A stretch of 64,000 nt of DNA from assembly GCF_965277155.1 (NCBI RefSeq), contig NZ_CBDIBV010000007.1, positions 37,305 to 101,304 on the forward strand, given 5' to 3'. Both the position numbers and the translations under genes were made by a program. This document shows positions 57,921 through 64,000 of this stretch, one piece after another. Within the stretch, counting starts at the first letter, position 1. Each line of letters starts with the position of its first letter. Below the pieces are notes generated by a model. That model saw only the letters and a list, made by a program, of their open reading frames with translations. It was not told the origin of the DNA and searched no databases. Source of the stretch: Profundibacter sp. Its GTDB lineage: Bacteria; Pseudomonadota; Alphaproteobacteria; Rhodobacterales; Rhodobacteraceae.

Positions 57921-59465
57921 TCAGCGCCCCTTGAACAAGGTGCCGAATATCCCGCGCACTATCCGGCGACCCGTGGTGCCCTTCAGCTCTTTCAACACAA
58001 CCGAACTGATCGCATCACCCCAGCTTGCCTCTTTGCGGGTTTTGCGCGAGGTTGACCGCCCCACACGCGCGCCTGAATAGCGGCGACCGGCCTTGTATTC
58101 GCGCAAGGCCATGTCGGCCTCTTCCTCGGCCTTTTCCGCCTCTTCCGCGGCTTTGGCCGCATCCTCGGCGCGTTTTTTCAGCATTTCATAGGCCGACTGT
58201 CGATCCAGCTTTGCCTCGTATTTACCGGCCAAGGGGGATCCGGCAATCACCGCGCGACGCTCGGCATCGGTGATCGGCCCCAGTTGCGAGGATGGCGGGC
58301 GGATCAAGGTGCGTTCGACCATGCCCGGCACGCCCTTTTTCTGCAGGAATGATGTGACGGCTTCGCCCACGCCCACCTCGCGGATGGCCTGGGCGGTATC
58401 GAAACGCGGATTGTCGCGATAGGTTTCGGCCGCCAACCGCAACTGTGTGCGATCCCGCGCGGTAAAGGCGCGCAGGGCGTGTTGCACGCGGTTGCCCAAC
58501 TGGCCCAAAATATCCTCGGGAATATCGCCGGGATTTTGCGTTACGAAATACACACCCACCCCTTTTGAACGGATCAGGCGCGCGACCTGTTCGATCTTGT
58601 CGATCATCGGCTTGGGGGCACCGTCAAACAGCAGGTGGGCCTCGTCAAAGAACAGCACCAGCTTGGGTTTGTCGGGGTCGCCCACCTCGGGCAGTTCCTC
58701 GAACAATTCGCTGAGCAACCAGATCAGGAAGGTGGCATAAAGTTTTGGCGCCGCCATCAGCGCATCCGAGGCCAGAATGTTGATCCGCCCGCGTCCGTCA
58801 GGATCGACCATCATCATATCGGCCAGTTCCAGCGCCGGTTCGCCAAATAGGTTTATCCCGCCCTGATTTTCCAGCACCAGCAAGCGGCGTTGGATGGTTC
58901 CGACCGAAGATGGGGATACATTGCCATAGCGCAGCGACAAATCCTTGCCATTCTGCCCGACCCAGACCAGCAGCGATTGCAAATCCTTCAGGTCCAGCAA
59001 TGGCAGCCCCTGTTCGTCGGCGACACGGAAGGCAATGTTCAAAACACCCTCTTGTGCTTCTGACAGTTCAAGCAGACGCGAGATCAGCAGCGGTCCCATT
59101 TCCGCCACCGTGGTGCGGATCGGGTGGCCGGATTTACCGAACAGATCCCAGAAGGTAACGGGGAAACTGTCGTAGGTGTAATCGTCAAACCCGATCTTTT
59201 GTGCCCTACTCATGAAAGCATCGTGCAGTTTGAAGCTTTCGGACCCCGCCACGGCCAGCCCCGACAGATCACCCTTTACGTCCGACATGAACACCGGCAC
59301 ACCCGCCGCCGACAATTCTTCGGCCAGAATTTGCAAGGTTACGGTTTTCCCCGTCCCTGTCGCCCCGGCAATCAACCCGTGGCGGTTGGCATATTTCAGC
59401 AGCATATCTTGCGGTACGGCATAATTTTCGCCGCCACCCCCTACAAAAATCCGGTCTTTGCTCAC
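57921..59465 (-). CDS. DUF853 / HerA-like P-loop ATPase (YjgR family)
   Basis: 514 aa with HGLIAGATGTGKT (Walker A), LVLFFDEAHLLF (Walker B) and a basic/Ala-Glu-rich C-terminal tail. Confidence 0.85.
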   Translation of the reverse strand: MSKDRIFVGGGGENYAVPQDMLLKYANRHGLIAGATGTGKTVTLQILAEELSAAGVPVFMSDVKGDLSGLAVAGSESFKLHDAFMSRAQKIGFDDYTYDSFPVTFWDLFGKSGHPIRTTVAEMGPLLISRLLELSEAQEGVLNIAFRVADEQGLPLLDLKDLQSLLVWVGQNGKDLSLRYGNVSPSSVGTIQRRLLVLENQGGINLFGEPALELADMMMVDPDGRGRINILASDALMAAPKLYATFLIWLLSELFEELPEVGDPDKPKLVLFFDEAHLLFDGAPKPMIDKIEQVARLIRSKGVGVYFVTQNPGDIPEDILGQLGNRVQHALRAFTARDRTQLRLAAETYRDNPRFDTAQAIREVGVGEAVTSFLQKKGVPGMVERTLIRPPSSQLGPITDAERRAVIAGSPLAGKYEAKLDRQSAYEMLKKRAEDAAKAAEEAEKAEEEADMALREYKAGRRYSGARVGRSTSRKTRKEASWGDAISSVVLKELKGTTGRRIVRGIFGTLFKGR

Positions 59466-59614
59466 TGCGACTTCCCCCGCTTTGATTTTGTTTTCATCTC
59501 ATTCTTGCACATGAAAATACAATGTTAATCATGTTAATCATATTGTGCCAGTGTAGTTTTACATCTCGGGTGTTTGTCCTCTTTCGTCCGGATGTATTTC
59601 CTCCCTGTTAGACT

Positions 59615-59643
59615 GGCCGCGCGTAAAATGCGCGGCCTTTTTT
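59615..59643 (+). terminator. orphan intrinsic terminator 1
   Basis: Perfect 8-bp stem GGCCGCGC-gtaaaat-GCGCGGCC followed by T6. No plus-strand CDS lies upstream. Confidence 0.75.
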
Positions 59644-59681
59644 CGTGAAATATCAGCGCATCCTCTTGAAAAACATAACCG

Positions 59682-59710
59682 TTGACCCATGCGTCAAAAC
59701 GCCGTAGGTT
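59682..59710 (+). promoter_or_regulatory. sigma70-like promoter
   Basis: TTGACC (59682-59687), a 17-nt spacer and TAGGTT (59705-59710). Confidence 0.4.
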
Positions 59711-59716
59711 GTGTTT

Positions 59717-59789
59717 AATAAAAGTCGGCCAGTCCGATGGGGAGCACAGATATAGGAAAAGGGTCCGATACGCGGACCCTTTTTCTTTT
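59717..59789 (+). ncRNA. candidate ~70-nt sRNA or leader/attenuator ending in orphan terminator 2
   Basis: Runs from the predicted promoter to the GGGTCCG-atacg-CGGACCC stem plus TTTTTCTTTT (59761-59789). No credible ORF or SD inside. Confidence 0.3.
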
Positions 59790-59898
59790 CGGCCCCCCGT
59801 AATGGCAAAAAATTGCCCGCAGACATTGATTACACAGAAAACTGACCTGACACTTCTGTTTAGTCATGATAGATGGCGGGTGACGTGACATAGATAAT

Positions 59899-60597
59899 AT
59901 GGAAAAACACATGCCCGATTTTCTGAGACTCATTACGCTTACCGCCGCAATTGCAATTGGCAGCAGCGCTTTTGCCCAAGAGACGACAACCCCGAAACCT
60001 GAAGGGGAAACAGCCGCACCAACGACCGAAACGGCCCCGGCAACTGAAACGACCGATACTGGAACACCGGCAAATGGCGAAACAACGACTGATAATCAGG
60101 TGCCATTAAACATGGGCCAGGAAGTTGTCGATGAGCGCGGGCCCGGGACCACTTATGTAAAAGAACGATTCGAGGCATGGGAATTGCGTTGTGTACGGGT
60201 CGAGGATGGCCAGAAAGAACCCTGCCATCTGTTCCAGTTGATGAAAGATGACAAAGGCGTTCCGATTGCCGAGATGAACATTATTGCATTGCCCAAAGGT
60301 CAACAGGCCGCTGCCGGTGCAACAATTGTCACCCCGCTTGAAACCCTGCTGACGAAACAGCTGACCCTCGAGATCGATGGCGGCGCCAAGAAACGCTATC
60401 CTTTCACCTGGTGTGGCAATGTCGGATGCTATTCCCGCGTTGGCTTTACCAATGGTGATATTGCCGCCTTTAAACGCGGCGCCAAAGCAACACTGACCAT
60501 CGTGCCTGTGTTTGCACCGGATGAAACAATTTCAGTGACACTTTCACTTGCGGGTTTCACCGCAGGCTATAAGGCGCTGCAAGAGACCCTGCACTAA
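59899..60597 (+). CDS. invasion-associated locus B (IalB) family periplasmic protein
   Basis: Signal peptide, a Thr/Glu/Pro-rich linker, then ..FEAWELRC......C.L.Q.. and WCGNVGCYSR blocks typical of IalB. Confidence 0.75.
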   Translation: MEKHMPDFLRLITLTAAIAIGSSAFAQETTTPKPEGETAAPTTETAPATETTDTGTPANGETTTDNQVPLNMGQEVVDERGPGTTYVKERFEAWELRCVRVEDGQKEPCHLFQLMKDDKGVPIAEMNIIALPKGQQAAAGATIVTPLETLLTKQLTLEIDGGAKKRYPFTWCGNVGCYSRVGFTNGDIAAFKRGAKATLTIVPVFAPDETISVTLSLAGFTAGYKALQETLH

Positions 60598-60626
60598 TAG
60601 GTCTTAAGCATTGGAAGTAATGGAAA

Positions 60627-60656
60627 CGCCACCCGCATCATGGGGTGGCGTTTTTT
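60627..60656 (+). terminator. intrinsic terminator after ialB
   Basis: CGCCACCC-loop-GGGTGGCG followed by T6. Confidence 0.8.
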
Positions 60657-60683
60657 CATTTTGTAACCTAACTGGAATACCCG

Positions 60684-61772
60684 TTATTCTTTGTCGTTTT
60701 TCGCAAGCATTGCTTTCAGTTCAGCCACCTGTTTTGCAAGCCTTGGCAGGCGGCGCAGGGCCTTTTGCATATCCATATGGGTTTCCATTTTCACGGCTGG
60801 TGATCCCAGCAATATCCTTCCAGCCGGGGCGTTGGTGAAAATTTTGGTGGCGCCGCCGGCCACCACATCATCACCAACGAAAATATTGTCCGAAACCCCG
60901 CATTGCCCCGCCATCACTACACGGTTGCCGATGCGCGATGACCCTGCAATGCCAACCTGACCGCACAGCAGGCAATCCTCGCCCACCTGCACGTTGTGGC
61001 CGATGTGCACCTGATTATCCAGCTTGGTACCGCGCCCGATGGTGGTGGCGCGAATGGTGCCTCGATCAATCGTCACATTGGCACCGGTTTCCACATCATC
61101 ACCGATTTCAACCGTGCCCAGCGAATGGATACGGGTCCAGCTTTGGGCGCTGGCCTGAACATCCTTGCCCAGTTTTTCGCGGGCCTGTTCCACCGTGGAT
61201 TTTTCCGGCGTGACAAATGAAAATCCGTCCGATCCGATCACACCGCCCGGCTGCGCAATAAAGCGATCGCCGATCACCACTCGCGCACCTATCTTCACAC
61301 CTTGCAACAACAGCGCATCATCACCAATCCGCGCGCCCTCGGCCACGCTGACATGGCTTGCAATCCGTGCGCGGGCGCCAATCACCGCCCCGCGCCCGAT
61401 TACCACGAACGGGCCAATCGCAGCCCCGTCTCCAATCACCGCTTCTGGATGGATCACCGCAGTTGCATGAATACCGGCCTCGATTTCCGGCCCCGCATCC
61501 AGCAGCGCCGTCAACCCCGACATCGCATATCGTGGGCGGGGTACGAAAATGGCGGCCTTAAGTCCCAACGCCTGCCAGTTCGCCCCGTCCCAAAGAACAG
61601 CGGCCAAAGCCTGTCCCTGAGCAAGCCCGTCTGCATATTTCGGATCCATCGCCAGAGCCAGATCCCCTGCCCCTGCCGTTGCCGGCTCAGAGGCACCATT
61701 GATCACAACGTCAACAGCGCCAACGGCTTTCGCCCCCAGCGCTGTTGCAATTTCTGAAACTGTATAGCCCAT
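60684..61772 (-). CDS. lpxD: LpxD-family UDP-3-O-acylglucosamine N-acyltransferase (stand-alone, with internal insertion and C-terminal helix)
   Basis: 362 aa with left-handed beta-helix hexapeptide repeats and an LpxD-type N-terminal domain. It does not sit in a bamA/fabZ/lpxA context in this window. Confidence 0.75.
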   Translation of the reverse strand: MGYTVSEIATALGAKAVGAVDVVINGASEPATAGAGDLALAMDPKYADGLAQGQALAAVLWDGANWQALGLKAAIFVPRPRYAMSGLTALLDAGPEIEAGIHATAVIHPEAVIGDGAAIGPFVVIGRGAVIGARARIASHVSVAEGARIGDDALLLQGVKIGARVVIGDRFIAQPGGVIGSDGFSFVTPEKSTVEQAREKLGKDVQASAQSWTRIHSLGTVEIGDDVETGANVTIDRGTIRATTIGRGTKLDNQVHIGHNVQVGEDCLLCGQVGIAGSSRIGNRVVMAGQCGVSDNIFVGDDVVAGGATKIFTNAPAGRILLGSPAVKMETHMDMQKALRRLPRLAKQVAELKAMLAKNDKE

Positions 61773-61805
61773 CTGCAGCCCCCAACGGTTATGTCGGGAA
61801 CAGAT

Positions 61806-63422
61806 TTAACCCCGAACCGCGCGCAGCACCACCCCGGCTTTGCTAAGGGCATTGAAAATCTTGGCGTCCCGTCCGTAAACGTCCCGACGATATTCCATTC
61901 CCCCCTTTGGCTTGGTGATGGCTGTGCGGTAAATCAGGTGCACAGGTACAGGTGTTTTCAGATCAACCTTTGTCTCGCGTCCGGTTTTCAGGATTGCCTG
62001 AAAATATTCCTGCGGGTTGGACATCTGTTTTGCCAGCAATGCATAGGCAAAATCAAACGGCTGTTGCAACCGGATGCACCCGTGGCTGAACGCCCGCACA
62101 TTGCGGTTGAACAGGTTTTTCGACGGGGTGTCATGCAGGTAAATGTTGTACCGGTTCGGAAACATGAACTTGACCAGCCCCAACGCATTCCCGCGGCTGG
62201 GCGGCTGTTTCAGGTTAAACGGAAAGGTTTTCTCATTGTATTGCGAGAAATCGACCGCGCTACGGTTTACAGTGCGCCCACGTGAATCCACCAAACGCAA
62301 GTGCCCCACCGCATTCGGGTTGCGTTTCAACAGCGGCAGATATTCCTTGATCGCGATAGACCGCGGCACATTCCATGTTGGATTGATGATCATGAATTCC
62401 ATCACATCCGAAAATTCCGGTGTGCGACGGTCGCCTTCATTTTTCCCGACAACCGAACGGGTTACGAAAGTCACTTTGTTATTGTCGATGATTTTCGCAG
62501 TGAAATCGGTCAGGTTAACCAGAATATGACGCTTGCCGCGCGGCTGGTTGAACCAACGCTCGCGTTCCAGGGCGACGATAATCGACCGCAGCCGGTATTC
62601 GGCCGGTTTATTGATTTCGGCCATCGTGGCCTTGCCGGCAACACCATCTGTCGGCAACCCGTGATCCCGCTGAAACAGCTGAATCGCCTTTTGCATTTTG
62701 GCATCATAGGTTTGCGATGAGGACCGCTTCAGATACCCCATTGCCATCAAACGGTTCCGCAACGCAACGACACTTGCGCCGGTCGCACCCGGTTTTAGGG
62801 ATGCAGCGCCGACTTTGGGTCCGAAACCACCCCGCCCCAGCAGTTTTTCCAGCTTGCGCTTTTCTTTCATCAGGCGCAGATATTCGGGCGTTTTAGGGGG
62901 CAGTTTTTTCAGAAACCCCGCCGGAGAACTTTTGGCAAAAGCCTGTAGAGTTTGCAGCCGATCATAATGAAGAACCTGACGCACCATGCCACTGTCGATT
63001 TTGCGCGGATTCACCACACCAGACCGAATATCTTCGGCGTATTGCAAAAACAGCCGGCTCATCTCGACTTCCATGCGGCCACGATCACGGCCGGTTCTGG
63101 CCGCCTTCAGCCGTGCCCGCAGGCCATCAACATCATAGCGTTTAACGGGCAACCCGTGGTCCCCGGCCTTGGCCAACACCGAAAGAAACGCTTTGCGTCG
63201 CTGCCCGTCTTTGCCAATACGGCCTGTCCATATTGATTTGTAATTTCTGGATTTATAGAATTCAGCCAAAGCCGCATCATTGGCAGCAGCCGTCGCAACA
63301 GCCTGTTTATATGCGGTAACCTGCGCATTCGCGGATCCGCTTGATATTAACAATGACAAAACAACGGCCAAAGCCGCGACAAATCTATACCCAAAACGCA
63401 TTTGAAATAGCGCTCTATACAT
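61806..63422 (-). CDS. YcbB/LdtD-type L,D-transpeptidase with PG-binding domain
   Basis: 538 aa with a signal peptide, a PG_binding_1 block (LQRDHGLPTDGVAG) and a YkuD catalytic block (YLHDTP...SHGCIRL). Confidence 0.85.
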   Translation of the reverse strand: MYRALFQMRFGYRFVAALAVVLSLLISSGSANAQVTAYKQAVATAAANDAALAEFYKSRNYKSIWTGRIGKDGQRRKAFLSVLAKAGDHGLPVKRYDVDGLRARLKAARTGRDRGRMEVEMSRLFLQYAEDIRSGVVNPRKIDSGMVRQVLHYDRLQTLQAFAKSSPAGFLKKLPPKTPEYLRLMKEKRKLEKLLGRGGFGPKVGAASLKPGATGASVVALRNRLMAMGYLKRSSSQTYDAKMQKAIQLFQRDHGLPTDGVAGKATMAEINKPAEYRLRSIIVALERERWFNQPRGKRHILVNLTDFTAKIIDNNKVTFVTRSVVGKNEGDRRTPEFSDVMEFMIINPTWNVPRSIAIKEYLPLLKRNPNAVGHLRLVDSRGRTVNRSAVDFSQYNEKTFPFNLKQPPSRGNALGLVKFMFPNRYNIYLHDTPSKNLFNRNVRAFSHGCIRLQQPFDFAYALLAKQMSNPQEYFQAILKTGRETKVDLKTPVPVHLIYRTAITKPKGGMEYRRDVYGRDAKIFNALSKAGVVLRAVRG

Positions 63423-63742
63423 TCCGAACCCCTAAACAGTTTTTTCCATAGTTTCCAATGACGCAGACAATCGTTAATAATCCGGGCCAAGTCCATTCAC
63501 ATTCGCATCATTTTGCCACAAACAATCAGGGCGACGCAATAATGCATCCAAGATTCATCTAAAATACAACAGATTCCAGATTTCAGCAGATTATTGCCGA
63601 TTTTACTGGTTTTAAACAAAATTGAGCAAAGATCGCTTGGCGGTTGATTCGAGATGTGTAATAAGTGGCAAACATCTGGGGATGTATAAGCAATAGTTTG
63701 TTTTTAAAAGCAAACGGTAGCTGTGGGACAGGCGATAAGACA

Positions 63743-64000
63743 ATGACAGACAAGACGACTTCGGGCACGACCAAATCCTTAATCACGCGACGCGGTGTTT
63801 TGCGGGCTTTTGCCGCAACAACACTCGTGGCCGCGCCAACTTACGCCAATGCTGCGGGTTTCCTGCGCGGAGCTGGCGATGTTCGCCGCCTGCGCATGTA
63901 TTCCGGCCGCACGGGCGAGCATCTGGATACGATCTACTGGATCGAAGGCAAGTATATCAAAGACGCCATCAAGGAAATCAACTATTTCATGCGCGACTGG
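63743..64000 (+). CDS. DUF882 (YcbK/MepK-like, peptidase M15 fold) protein, N-terminal 86 codons; continues past window
   Basis: Not in the ORF track because it is edge-truncated. Reads MTDKTTSGTTKSLITRRGVLRAFAATTLVAAPTYANA (Tat-like leader), then ..LRMYSGRTGEHLDTIYWIEGKYIKDAIKEINYFMRDW. Confidence 0.7.
   Translation, partial: MTDKTTSGTTKSLITRRGVLRAFAATTLVAAPTYANAAGFLRGAGDVRRLRMYSGRTGEHLDTIYWIEGKYIKDAIKEINYFMRDW

Noticed and set aside
59505-59550. The ATGTTAATC tandem near xerD-proximal genes, considered as a dif site.
   Set aside because: It lacks the dyad arrangement of two ~11-bp Xer arms around a 6-bp core. It is a direct repeat and not an inverted repeat.

Overview
High-GC alphaproteobacterial chromosome segment. 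The gene content and protein sequences look Rhodobacterales/roseobacter-like, but that placement is my inference and not a search result.

- **1-18.9 kb:** a partial ABC-F ATPase, an OlsB-like acyltransferase, msrB and a two-gene NAD-type formate dehydrogenase. These are followed by an 11.6-kb catabolic island. In it an MtnK/MtnA kinase-isomerase pair is clustered with a RhaD-type aldolase-SDR fusion, a SorC regulator, a CUT2 sugar ABC importer, FucU, an Rpe-like epimerase and a close LsrF look-alike.
- **19-50 kb:** an IS-riddled stretch. It holds a truncated PstS/OmpA-like gene, an anchor-less reductive-dehalogenase-like protein, an HNH nuclease, tandem esterase paralogs, an AlkA-like glycosylase and a cobalamin block (cobK, cbiD, cobA/cobB). 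Two AT-rich paralogous membrane proteins sit inside the cob block. The stretch continues with an MFS transporter, dedA/dsbB, a RES-Xre toxin-antitoxin pair, lrp-arginase-ocd (ocd split by an IS), gyrA, trmFO and gluQ.
- **50-64 kb:** ssb, aroB-aroK, xerD, a CorC/CNNM transporter, a DUF853 ATPase, ialB, an lpxD-like gene and a YcbB-type L,D-transpeptidase facing a DUF882 peptidase.

Seven IS-derived segments of five kinds occupy about 7.9 kb, roughly 12% of the window: two identical IS5-type copies, two copies of a second IS5-type element, an IS21 remnant, an IS256-type and an IS1595-type element. They account for several truncated or split genes. I saw no rRNA, tRNA or CRISPR array.

The observations I rate most worth follow-up are:
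1. The MtnK/MtnA + aldolase-SDR + LsrF + ABC island, as a candidate uptake and cleavage route for 5-deoxyribose or 5-methylthioribose, including a chemically explicit thiolytic variant through the LsrF substrate.
2. The unassigned membrane-protein pair inside the cob cluster.
3. A 1-nt poly-C indel that fuses cobA to cobB.
4. Two small repeat families.
5. Two orphan plus-strand terminators that suggest sRNAs.
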